Shown: positions 9,242-17,304 of the stretch, piece after piece
Layout of the letters: every line of letters begins with the position of its first letter
Position numbering within the stretch: position 1 is the first letter of the stretch
From: Thermoplasmata archaeon
GTDB lineage: Archaea > Thermoplasmatota > Thermoplasmata > Lutacidiplasmatales > UBA184
NCBI GenBank assembly: GCA_050749465.1
Contig: JBOGRO010000051.1
Location: forward strand, 6,742 to 70,741
DNA: 64,000 bases
Direction of reading: 5' to 3'
Position numbers and translations under genes: made by a program
The notes under the pieces: generated by a model
The model's input: the letters and a program-made list of their open reading frames with translations, nothing else
What the model was told of the DNA's origin: nothing
Databases searched by the model: none

Positions 9242-10200
9242 GCCTCCCCCTCCCGAAGGGGGTGGCGATCCCCGTCGGGGAGCAGCGTGACGACGACGCC
9301 GCCGGGATTCGCGCGGCCGATCTCGGCGGCGACGGCGACCGCCGCCCCCGAAGAGATACCGACGGAGAGTCCCTCTTCGCTCGCGAGGCGGCGTCGCATC
9401 GCCGCGGCAACCTCGGTTTCGATGCGCACCGTCGCGTCCACCACGCGCTCGTCGTACGTCGACGGGCGGAGCGCCGTCGGGAGATGCTTCAATCCCTCGA
9501 TCCCATGCACGGGGCCGGCCGGTTCGACGCCGATCACCCGAAGGCCCGGCCGCTGCTCCTTGAGGTAGCGTCCGGTGCCGGAGATCGTCCCGCCGGTCCC
9601 GACGCCCGCCACGAAATGAGTGACGCGGCCCCGGGTTCCCGACCAGATCTCGGGGCCGGTCCCCCGGTAGTGCGCGTCGGGGTTCGAAGGGTGGTTGTAC
9701 TGATCGGGATACCAGTACCGCGCGGGGTTCTCCTCGGCCCGCCGCCGCGCCTCTCGCTGCGCTCCGTCGGTCCCCTCGCCGGGGTCGGTGAAGAGGATCT
9801 CGGCGCCGTAGTTCCGGATCCGGGCTACGCGCTCGGCACTCGCGTTCCGGGGTAGGCAGAGCTCGACCCGGAACCCGAGACGGGCGCCCAGCATCGCGTA
9901 GGCGACCGCGGTGTTCCCGCTCGACGCATCCAGGAGGACGCGCGCGCCACCGAGCGATCCGTCGCGAAAGCCGGTGCGGACGATCTCGAGCGCGGCCCGG
10001 TCCTTGACCGAACCGCTCGGGTTCAGAAACTCCGCCTTCGCCCAGAGCTCGAACCCGCCGGCCACGACCTCCGAGAGCCGGGCGAGCGGGACGAGCGGGG
10101 TGTGACCCACGGCGCGCAGGAGGGGGTCGTCGGCCGCGGGGTCGGAGGTCCGGGCTCGAGCGGGGACCCCGACTACCGGAGCTGGATCAGATGCGTACAC
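9238..10200 (-). CDS. cysM: PLP-dependent cysteine synthase (CysM/CysK family)
   Basis: 320 aa. PLP-lysine motif NPSGSVKDR, glycine loop VGTGGTISG, HTPLVPL near the N-terminus. The CysM symbol rests on operon context with the sulfur carrier and JAMM. The GTG start at 10200 overlaps the regulator's 3' end by 28 nt; the start is uncertain. Confidence 0.85.
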   Translation of the reverse strand: MYASDPAPVVGVPARARTSDPAADDPLLRAVGHTPLVPLARLSEVVAGGFELWAKAEFLNPSGSVKDRAALEIVRTGFRDGSLGGARVLLDASSGNTAVAYAMLGARLGFRVELCLPRNASAERVARIRNYGAEILFTDPGEGTDGAQREARRRAEENPARYWYPDQYNHPSNPDAHYRGTGPEIWSGTRGRVTHFVAGVGTGGTISGTGRYLKEQRPGLRVIGVEPAGPVHGIEGLKHLPTALRPSTYDERVVDATVRIETEVAAAMRRRLASEEGLSVGISSGAAVAVAAEIGRANPGGVVVTLLPDGDRHPLREGEA

Positions 10201-10820
10201 CGCATCCCTCCGCGTCCGATCGAGTCCTCGAGGTCGACCCCGACCTCGCCGAGGAGCGCCTCGGTCAGGTTCTTGTCGAAAACGTCGCAGAGCAGGTAGG
10301 GGTGCGCGAGCGCAGTGTGCCGGAAGATGCAGTTCGTCCGGACGACCCGAAGGTGTCCGTCGGCGGTCTTCTCGACGGTGCAGCGGAAACCGAGGTCGTT
10401 GAGCGCCGTGACGAGCTGCTGCGCCTTCTCGTCGGTCGTTCCGCCCTTCGGGATCCCGCGGGCGATCGCGCCGGCCATCCGCCGCGCGGACTCGGCAAAG
10501 AGCGCGCTGACGAATCCTTCCCCCTCGCGCGCGAGGAGCTCGTCCACGACGGCGTCGAGGATCAGGTCGTACTTCTTCGGGAAGAGGTCTTGCCCTTGGC
10601 CCGTCAGCGTGTACCGCTTCCGGGGCCGGCCCACGCCCTCTCGACGGAAGGTGGGAACGACCAGTCCCTTCTCTTCCATGCGGCCCAGGTGGCCGCGGGC
10701 CGCGCTCTCCTGGATGCCGAGCGTCTTCGCGAGGTCGCGGGCGGTGCGGGGTGCCGTCGCGAGCTCCTCAAGGATCCGGCCTCGCGTCCCCTCGAGGGTG
10801 CCGCTGTCGACCGCGCTCAT
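10173..10820 (-). CDS. ArsR-family winged-HTH regulator with Cys-containing C-terminal domain (SufR-like candidate)
   Basis: ATG at 10820; the longer ORF from 11066 would cover the sufC promoter. HTH region RILEELATAPRTARDLAKTLGIQESAARGHLGRMEEKGLV. C-terminal domain carries four Cys (FRCTV, TNCIF, LLCDV, MRCTH). It is the first gene of the cysM operon and divergent from sufC. Confidence 0.7.
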   Translation of the reverse strand: MSAVDSGTLEGTRGRILEELATAPRTARDLAKTLGIQESAARGHLGRMEEKGLVVPTFRREGVGRPRKRYTLTGQGQDLFPKKYDLILDAVVDELLAREGEGFVSALFAESARRMAGAIARGIPKGGTTDEKAQQLVTALNDLGFRCTVEKTADGHLRVVRTNCIFRHTALAHPYLLCDVFDKNLTEALLGEVGVDLEDSIGRGGMRCTHLIQLR

Positions 10821-10857
10821 CGAGTGCCTTGCCTCCGCGGGACCCGAAGGGTCGCGG

Positions 10858-10870
10858 GGATTTACACACC
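10858..10870. promoter_or_regulatory. candidate operator GGATTTACACACC in the regulator/sufC divergent spacer
   Basis: Identical 13-mer recurs at 16325-16337 in the sufD promoter. Here it lies just upstream of the sufC TATA box. Confidence 0.4.
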
Positions 10871-10879
10871 GCGCCATGC

Positions 10880-10887
10880 TTAAATAA
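10880..10887 (+). promoter_or_regulatory. TATA box (TTAAATAA) for sufC-sufS
   Basis: A/T-rich octamer about 34 nt upstream of the ATG at 10918. Confidence 0.5.
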
Positions 10888-10917
10888 CGGTATCGGCTCG
10901 TAATCGATCGACACCCC

Positions 10918-11691
10918 ATGGCAGCGTCCACGCAGACCCATACCCTCGTCGTCGAGAATCTGCACGCCGAGGTCGGCGGGAAAGAGATCCTCAAGGGCGT
11001 CAACCTCACGCTCCGCAGCGGCGAGCTCTCGGCGCTGATGGGCCCGAACGGCTCGGGGAAGAGCACCCTCGCCTATGCGCTGATGGGCCACCCCAAGTAC
11101 CGCGTGACGCAGGGCACGGCGATCCTCGACGGCCAGGACATCCTGAAGTTGCCGGTGGACAAGCGGTCCCACGCCGGCCTCTTCTTGGGATTCCAGTACC
11201 CCCAGGAGGTCTCGGGCCTTTCGCTCTCGAAGTTCCTCTGGACCGCCTACATGGCGCGACACACCGCGCAAACCGCGGACGTCGCGACGTTCGACAAGGA
11301 CCTGAAGACCCACCTCGCTTACCTCGAGATGGACGAGTCGCTGATGAAGCGCTCGCTCAACGAGGGGTTCTCCGGCGGGGAGAAGAAGCGGGTCGAGGTG
11401 CTCCAGATGGCGACGCTCTCGCCTCGGTTCGCGATCCTCGACGAGCCCGACTCCGGGCTCGACATCGACGCCGTCCGCGCGGTCGGCCAGACGGTCGCGA
11501 GGCTGCGGACCCCGGACGCGGGCATTCTCGTGATCACCCACTACCAGCGGATCCTTCAGTTCCTGAAGCCCGACAGCGTCCACGTGATGGTGGACGGAGC
11601 GATCGCGCTCTCGGGGGGCCGCCAGCTCGCCGAGGAGCTCGAGGCGAAGGGGTACGACTTCGTGAAGTTCGGACTCCAGGTCCCGACGTAG
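10918..11691 (+). CDS. sufC: Fe-S cluster assembly ATPase SufC
   Basis: 257 aa. Walker A GPNGSGKST, signature FSGGEKKR, Walker B ILDEPDSGLD, and HYQRIL typical of SufC. Confidence 0.95.
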   Translation: MAASTQTHTLVVENLHAEVGGKEILKGVNLTLRSGELSALMGPNGSGKSTLAYALMGHPKYRVTQGTAILDGQDILKLPVDKRSHAGLFLGFQYPQEVSGLSLSKFLWTAYMARHTAQTADVATFDKDLKTHLAYLEMDESLMKRSLNEGFSGGEKKRVEVLQMATLSPRFAILDEPDSGLDIDAVRAVGQTVARLRTPDAGILVITHYQRILQFLKPDSVHVMVDGAIALSGGRQLAEELEAKGYDFVKFGLQVPT

Positions 11692-11722
11692 GCCGCCCGG
11701 CCGCCTTTTAGTGCGGGTCACG

Positions 11723-12949
11723 ATGGACGTTCGACGGGTCCGACAGGACTTCCCGATCCTCGCCCGGTCGTTCGCGGGGCACCCGCTCGTCTACCTCGAC
11801 TCGGCGGCGACCTCGCAGAAGCCGCAGAGCGTCCTCGACGCCGAGGCCCGTTTCTACGCCGAGACGAACGCGAACGTCCATCGCGGCGTCTACGCGCTCA
11901 GCGTCGCGGCGACCGATGCCTACGAGGGGGCTCGGGAGCGGACCGCTCGGTTCCTCCGCGCCAAGGACCCGTCGGAGGTCGTCTTCGTCCGCGGCACGAC
12001 CGAGGCGCTCAATCTCGCCGCGACGAGCCTCGGCGAGTCGATCCTCCAACGGGGCGACCGAGTGATCGCGACCGTCATGGAGCATCACTCGAACATCGTC
12101 CCGTGGCACTTCCTCCGCGCCCAGAAGGGCGTTGACCTCCAGTTCGTCGATATCGACGAAGAGGGCCGCCTCCGGCTCGACGACCTCGACCGGCTCCTCA
12201 CGCCGAAGACGAAGGTCGTGACACTGAGCCACGCGTCGAACGTGCTGGGCACCGTGAACCCGGTCCGCGAGATCGCCGACCGCGCTCACGCGGTCGGGGC
12301 GATCGTCGTCGTCGACGCGGCGCAGTCCGCCCCCCACCGACCGATCGACGTGGAGCGGCTCGGCGCCGACCTGCTCGCGTTCTCGGGGCACAAGGTCCTC
12401 GGCCCGATGGGGATCGGTGTCCTGTGGGGACGCGCGGACCTGCTCGCGAAGATGCCGCCCGCCTCCGGCGGCGGCGAGATGATCCAAGAAGTTCACCAGG
12501 ACCGCGTCAGCTACCGAGAGCCGCCCGGGCGCTTCGAGGCCGGGACCCCGAACGTCGCCGGGGCGGTCGGTCTCTCGGCGGCGCTCGACTACGTGGAGGG
12601 GATCGGCTGGGAGGAGGTCGCGGCGCATGAGCGGCGGCTCTTCGACCACGCGGCGGAGGAGGCCACCCGACGCTTCGGCGACCGGCTGAGGGTCTACGGA
12701 CCTCCCGATAGCCGGGATCGACAGGGCCTGCAGTCGTTCGCCCTCCGGGGCGCGCACCCCCACGACGTCGCGTCACTCCTCGACGCGGACGGGATCGCGG
12801 TCCGGGCGGGCCACCACTGTTGCCAACCGCTCATGGAGCGCCTGGGCGTCCCGGCGCTGACCCGGTCGAGTCCCTACCTCTACAACACCGAGGGTGAGAT
12901 CGATGCGCTCTACGACGGCCTCGAGAAGGTCGCGAAAGTCTTCGGCTGA
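11723..12949 (+). CDS. sufS: cysteine desulfurase SufS (class V aminotransferase, group II)
   Basis: ATG 11723 (GTG 11711 alternative). FPIL...YLDSAATSQKP, SGHKVLGPMGIG (PLP Lys), RAGHHCCQP (persulfide Cys loop). Confidence 0.9.
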   Translation: MDVRRVRQDFPILARSFAGHPLVYLDSAATSQKPQSVLDAEARFYAETNANVHRGVYALSVAATDAYEGARERTARFLRAKDPSEVVFVRGTTEALNLAATSLGESILQRGDRVIATVMEHHSNIVPWHFLRAQKGVDLQFVDIDEEGRLRLDDLDRLLTPKTKVVTLSHASNVLGTVNPVREIADRAHAVGAIVVVDAAQSAPHRPIDVERLGADLLAFSGHKVLGPMGIGVLWGRADLLAKMPPASGGGEMIQEVHQDRVSYREPPGRFEAGTPNVAGAVGLSAALDYVEGIGWEEVAAHERRLFDHAAEEATRRFGDRLRVYGPPDSRDRQGLQSFALRGAHPHDVASLLDADGIAVRAGHHCCQPLMERLGVPALTRSSPYLYNTEGEIDALYDGLEKVAKVFG

Positions 12950-13085
12950 CCCGAGTCGGGGGGCCGCTTCTCCCGACTGCTATTGGATCGCTTACCGGAG
13001 GCGCCCTCTCGAAATCCCGCCGAACCCCCGCCGGCGGAGTGTAGCACGAGGGCCGACAGAGCGAGGTCCCGTCCGTCGGTCGACC

Positions 13086-13136
13086 GGTGTAAACTCACTC
13101 TGTCGTGCGGACGGCGACCTCTCATTTAAATACACC
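13086..13136. promoter_or_regulatory. sufB promoter: TATA box (CATTTAAATA, 13123-13132) flanked by GGTGTAAA (13086-13093) and AAATACACC (13128-13136)
   Basis: TATA centre is about 35 nt upstream of the ATG at 13163. The flanking elements resemble the TTTACAC core of the 13-mer in the other two suf promoters, in opposite orientations. Confidence 0.4.
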
Positions 13137-13162
13137 GGGGTGCTGGAATTGCCGAGAGCACT

Positions 13163-14575
13163 ATGGCGCAGTCGGCTCAAGAGGTCACTCCGCTCGACTA
13201 CACGCGGTACGACTTCAAAAATCCGGAGACCTACCGCCTCCGAATCGCGAAGGGTCTGAGTCGGGAGGTCGTCGAGCAGATCTCCAAGTTCAAGGACGAG
13301 CCGGACTGGATGCTCGAGTACCGGCTGCGCGCCTACGAGCACTTCGTCCAGCGGCCGATGCCGGACTGGGGCCCCAGCCTCGATGAGATCGATTTCGACG
13401 CGTACACCTACTACGCGAACCCGCTCCTGGAAGGGGAGTCGAAGAAGAGCTGGGACGACCTTCCGGCCGACATCAAGAACACGTTCGAGAAGCTCGGGAT
13501 CCCGAAGGCCGAGCGGGAGTACTTCGGCGGCGTCGGCGCCCAGTACGACAGCGGCACGATGTACCACAAGCTCCGGGAGGACCTCGCGGCCAAGGGGATC
13601 ATCTTCTGCGACACCGACACGGCGGTCAAGGAGCACCCCGAGATCGTCCGGAAGTACTTCGGCAAGATCGTCCCGTACAACGACAACAAGTTCGCCGCAC
13701 TGAACAGCGCGGTCTGGTCCGGCGGCAGCTTCGTCTACATCCCGCCGGGCGTCGAGTGCGGGATCCCGCTCCAAGCGTACTTCCGCATCAACGCGAAGAA
13801 CGTCGGTCAGTTCGAGCGGACGTTGATCATCGGCGACAAGGGCTCGAAAGTGCACTATGTCGAAGGCTGCACGGCCCCGGTCTACTCGACCGACTCGCTG
13901 CACGCCGCCGTCGTCGAGGTCGTCGCGGAGCCGTACTCCAAGGTCCGCTACACGACCGTGCAGAACTGGTCGAAGAACGTCTACAACCTCGTCACGAAGC
14001 GGGCCGTCGCCTACGAGCAGGCGCTCGTCGAATGGGTCGACGGGAACATGGGCTCGAAGGTGACGATGAAGTACCCGTCGGTCTACCTGAAGGGTCGCGG
14101 CGCCCGAGCTGACATTCTCTCGGTCGCGTTCGCGAGCGAGGGACAGATCATCGACTCCGGCGCGAAGGCCGTTCACTCGGCTCCCGACACGTCGAGCAAG
14201 ATCGTCGCGAAGTCGATCGCGATCCGCGGTGGCCAGACGAGTTACCGCGGTCTCCTCCACGTCGCGCCGGGAGCGACCGGGGTGAAGGCCGCCGTCCGCT
14301 GCGACGCGCTGCTGCCCGACGCGCTCGGCCGCTCGGACACCTACCCGTACAACGAGATCCACGAAGAGGACGCCACGATCACCCACGAGGCGGTCGTCGG
14401 GAAGATCGGCGAAGAGCAGATCTTTTACCTCATGAGCCGCGGTCTCAACGAGTCGGACGCGATCCATCTGATCCTGATGGGCTTCCTCGCGGAGTTCGCG
14501 AAGGAGCTCCCGATGGACTACGCGCTCGAGCTGAACCGGCTGATCCAGCTCGAGATGATCGGTGCGGTCGGATAG
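13163..14575 (+). CDS. sufB: Fe-S cluster assembly scaffold SufB
   Basis: 470 aa. Highly conserved SufB sequence throughout (e.g. GSFVYIPPGVECGIPLQAYFRIN, TLIIGDKGSKVHYVEGCTAP, QNWSKNVYNLVTKRA). Confidence 0.95.
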   Translation: MAQSAQEVTPLDYTRYDFKNPETYRLRIAKGLSREVVEQISKFKDEPDWMLEYRLRAYEHFVQRPMPDWGPSLDEIDFDAYTYYANPLLEGESKKSWDDLPADIKNTFEKLGIPKAEREYFGGVGAQYDSGTMYHKLREDLAAKGIIFCDTDTAVKEHPEIVRKYFGKIVPYNDNKFAALNSAVWSGGSFVYIPPGVECGIPLQAYFRINAKNVGQFERTLIIGDKGSKVHYVEGCTAPVYSTDSLHAAVVEVVAEPYSKVRYTTVQNWSKNVYNLVTKRAVAYEQALVEWVDGNMGSKVTMKYPSVYLKGRGARADILSVAFASEGQIIDSGAKAVHSAPDTSSKIVAKSIAIRGGQTSYRGLLHVAPGATGVKAAVRCDALLPDALGRSDTYPYNEIHEEDATITHEAVVGKIGEEQIFYLMSRGLNESDAIHLILMGFLAEFAKELPMDYALELNRLIQLEMIGAVG

Positions 14576-14589
14576 ACGCCCCCGGACGA

Positions 14590-14913
14590 CTAGGGCGGCC
14601 CCTTCTTCCGGGGCCCCGGTACGCGGGGGACGACGGTGTGCGACTTCACGAGATCGATCGTCGCGAGCATCACCGCGTAGCCGAGGTTCACGTCCACCGC
14701 GAGCTCCGTAGCGGTACGCGGAGCGGGCCGGCCGAGCGCCGCGAGCGTGGCGTCAACGAGCTCGCGCGCGAGCTCCAGGCTCGCCGGGTCCCGCACGGCG
14801 CCGCGCGGCTGGACGGCCATCTCCCGGGTCTCCGCGAGCTCCGTCGCCATCTCGGCCGCAAGCGACTCGAGGGTCGCGCGGTCGTAGTGCGCGGGGTCGA
14901 GGACGAGCGGCAT
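14590..14913 (-). CDS. hypothetical protein co-oriented downstream of sufD
   Basis: 107 aa. Very high GC3, starts 15 nt after the sufD stop. No family recognised. Confidence 0.45.
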   Translation of the reverse strand: MPLVLDPAHYDRATLESLAAEMATELAETREMAVQPRGAVRDPASLELARELVDATLAALGRPAPRTATELAVDVNLGYAVMLATIDLVKSHTVVPRVPGPRKKGPP

Positions 14914-14928
14914 CGCACGTTCCGCCGC

Positions 14929-16323
14929 TCAACGCAGCTTCGCGTCGAACCGCCACTCGGGGGCGGTCTCGCTCCCCGCGACCTCGAGGGCGGGCAGGAC
15001 GGGGAACGCCGCATCCGACCAGGCGATCTCCTGCCCCTCCCAGCGCGCGGCGAGCCGTGGGTAGACGATCTCCTTCAGCTGGGCGACCGGCGCGCGGTCG
15101 AGGACGTAGGAGAGGAACCCCTCGCCGATCATCCGGATGGCGTCCGTCTCCTCGATCCCGCGCGTCTCGAGATAGAAGACCTTTTCCGGGTCGACCGGCG
15201 CGACCGACGAGGAGTGGGTCGCCTTGACGTCCCGGCAGAGGATCTCGAGGATCGGGATCGTGTCGGAGCGCGCGCCGCGCGACAGCAGCATCGCGTGCTC
15301 GGAGATGAAGACGATCGTCTTGTTCGCGGCCGGTTCGATCCGCACGAGGCCCCGGCTCATCCCGCGCGCCTGGTCGCGGAAGACACCCCGCGTCACCGAC
15401 TGGCCGCGGGTGTCGGTCCCGATGTGGGTGAGGTCGACCGAGCTGTCGAACGACTGGTCCTTCGCGCCGTAGAACGTCTGGAAGTCGTCCACGTGCGACC
15501 CGGAACCCGTCAGCGAGGTGTGGTTGCGGATCTTGGTGCGGAACCCCCCGAGACCGTTCCACATCCAACCGAGTCGACTGTCCCGTCCCGTGGTCGCCGT
15601 CCGCCGATAGATGGAGACCGTCCGCAGGTCCGGCGCGTGGAGCGTGAGGACGACGACCTTCGCCCGGTCGCCGAGCTCGAGGTCGGAGCTGGACGCGAAG
15701 AGCCGCTGCCCGTCGGGCGCGCCTCGGGTCGAGTAGACCTCCTCGGTCAGGAGGAGCTGGCTGCCCGCTCCCGCACGGACCGAGCGGCGGAGGGAGATCG
15801 CCTCGTGGGGCGTCGAGAGCACCGTGATGTCCTGAACTCGCACCGGCTCCGAGAACCCGTCCGGGATCTCGACGCGGTAGCCGCGGTTCGTCAACGCGGT
15901 CGAGAGCGCGGTCAGCTTGTCGGTGGGCTCTTCGGCGCCGCGGAAGAACCGGTCGACCTCGTCCTTCGAGCCCTTCCAGACCTCCGAGAGGTCCCGGACC
16001 TGGATCCCGGCGGCGCGGAGCTCCTCGGGGACCTGGATGTGACTTCCGGCGCCGTCCTGGACCACCCGGATCGAGCCCGCGATCGGTGGGGGCAGGGCCA
16101 CGGCGGGCGCGTGGGGTTGAGCGTCCAAGCCCGAGAGGTCGACGTTCGTGAAGTAGCCGTAGCCGCGAAAGAGGGGGTTCGGCTCGATCGGGAACCGCAG
16201 AAATCGAGCGTAGGCGTCGCGGCGCGCCACGGCGAACGGCTCCGGATCCGAGAGAGCGCGGGAGAGTCCGTCGACCTGCTCCGCGGAGAGCCACTGCTCG
16301 AAACGAGGGACGGCAACCGCCAT
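14929..16323 (-). CDS. sufD: Fe-S cluster assembly protein SufD
   Basis: ATG at 16323 (MAVAVPRFEQW...). The upstream extension to 16398 would run through the TATA box. The C-terminal half has the SufB/SufD beta-helix pattern (SRGLVRIEPAANKT...SRGARSDTIPILEI...HSSSVAPVDPEKVFYLETRGI). Confidence 0.85.
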   Translation of the reverse strand: MAVAVPRFEQWLSAEQVDGLSRALSDPEPFAVARRDAYARFLRFPIEPNPLFRGYGYFTNVDLSGLDAQPHAPAVALPPPIAGSIRVVQDGAGSHIQVPEELRAAGIQVRDLSEVWKGSKDEVDRFFRGAEEPTDKLTALSTALTNRGYRVEIPDGFSEPVRVQDITVLSTPHEAISLRRSVRAGAGSQLLLTEEVYSTRGAPDGQRLFASSSDLELGDRAKVVVLTLHAPDLRTVSIYRRTATTGRDSRLGWMWNGLGGFRTKIRNHTSLTGSGSHVDDFQTFYGAKDQSFDSSVDLTHIGTDTRGQSVTRGVFRDQARGMSRGLVRIEPAANKTIVFISEHAMLLSRGARSDTIPILEILCRDVKATHSSSVAPVDPEKVFYLETRGIEETDAIRMIGEGFLSYVLDRAPVAQLKEIVYPRLAARWEGQEIAWSDAAFPVLPALEVAGSETAPEWRFDAKLR

Positions 16324-16324
16324 C

Positions 16325-16353
16325 GGATTTACACACCCTAGTGTGTTTATAAG
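16325..16353 (-). promoter_or_regulatory. sufD promoter: TATA (CTTATAAA on minus, 16346-16353) plus 13-mer GGATTTACACACC (16325-16337) and inverted repeat ACACAC-CCTA-GTGTGT (16331-16346)
   Basis: The palindrome sits between the TATA box and the leaderless ATG at 16323. This is the classical position for an archaeal repressor. Confidence 0.5.
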
Positions 16354-16563
16354 CCGTTCCCCTCGAAAGACGGGTCCGGGCCGTTGGGTCTCGTCCACGA
16401 CGCCCGGGTCCGAGACCGCTCGCGAGACCTCGCCCCGCGGAGGTCCGTGGGCGCTCGGAGTGCTCTCCTTGGCAGACTCTTCGAGGCGCGGCGGCCGTCC
16501 GAGGCGCGCGAGCGAGGAAGGCGTTTAGTACGGTCGGCGGGCTCTCCTCCGGGCGGAGCCCTC

Positions 16564-16950
16564 ATGGCCTACGACATGTACCAGGAAGTGATCCTCCAGC
16601 ACTACCGGGCGCCCCGGAACTTCGGTCCGCTGGAGGGAGCGGACCGGGTCGGCGAGGAGTCGAACCCGCTCTGCGGCGACCATATCACTCTCCGGCTCAA
16701 GATCGACCCGGCGTCGGACCGGATCGCGCAGGTGCGCTTTCAGGGCGACGGCTGCGCGATCAGCGTCGCGAGCGCGTCGCTGCTGACCGAGAAGATCGCG
16801 GGCCTCACCCTCCAAGAGGCGGGTCAGCTCACCCGCGAACAGGTCCTCACCGCGCTCGGGATCCCGCTCTCGCCCGTTCGCGTGAAGTGCGCGCTGACCG
16901 GCTACGCGGCGCTGGGCCACGCACTGCATCCCGCCCCGCCGGCGACCTGA
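16564..16950 (+). CDS. sufU: SufU-type (IscU/NifU-like) sulfur acceptor/scaffold
   Basis: 128 aa from the ATG at 16564. LQHYRAPRNFG, NPLCGDHITL, GDGCAISVASAS (SufU-type GCxIS) and VKCALTG give the three conserved Cys. Confidence 0.85.
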   Translation: MAYDMYQEVILQHYRAPRNFGPLEGADRVGEESNPLCGDHITLRLKIDPASDRIAQVRFQGDGCAISVASASLLTEKIAGLTLQEAGQLTREQVLTALGIPLSPVRVKCALTGYAALGHALHPAPPAT

Positions 16951-17042
16951 ACGGGACCGGCGAACCGCCCCGCGGCGAACCGGCCCGCTCGCCCCACCGC
17001 GCCCCAGAGGGTCCCGTCTCGGGGAGGGCGCCGCTCGAGGGT

Positions 17043-17051
17043 CTTTAATAG
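17043..17051 (+). promoter_or_regulatory. TATA-like box (CTTTAATAG) upstream of the ferredoxin/radical-SAM pair
   Basis: The only A/T-rich element in the sufU-ferredoxin spacer. It abuts the GTG at 17053, which argues for a downstream start such as the in-frame GTG at 17104. Confidence 0.35.
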
Positions 17052-17052
17052 G

Positions 17053-17304
17053 GTGGTGCCGGTGGAACGCCCGGAGGGTCCCGTCAGCCTCCCGCGTTCG
17101 CACGTGATCGAGATCGACCCGGACATCTGTGTCCTCTGCGGGCTCTGTACCGGGGTTTGCCCCCCGAACGCGATGGAGCTGACCCCGACCCGTCTCGAGG
17201 TCCTCCCGACCTGCACCGACTGCGGGTGGTGCCTTCCGTACTGCCCCGTCGGGGCGATTTCGGGGGGTCGCCGTGTGCCGCGACGGAGGCGCCCGGATGG
17301 CTGA
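17053..17304 (+). CDS. 2x[4Fe-4S] ferredoxin
   Basis: Two CxxCxxCxxxCP motifs (CVLCGLCTGVCP; CTDCGWCLPYCP). Start uncertain: GTG 17053 or in-frame GTG 17104. Confidence 0.8.
   Translation: MVPVERPEGPVSLPRSHVIEIDPDICVLCGLCTGVCPPNAMELTPTRLEVLPTCTDCGWCLPYCPVGAISGGRRVPRRRRPDG

Noticed and set aside
10821-11066. Extension of the ArsR regulator ORF to 11066, or to the ATG at 10877
   Set aside because: Either extension would place coding sequence over the sufC TATA box and sufC 5' end, and the extra residues are low-complexity. The ATG at 10820 leaves a normal 97-nt divergent promoter region.
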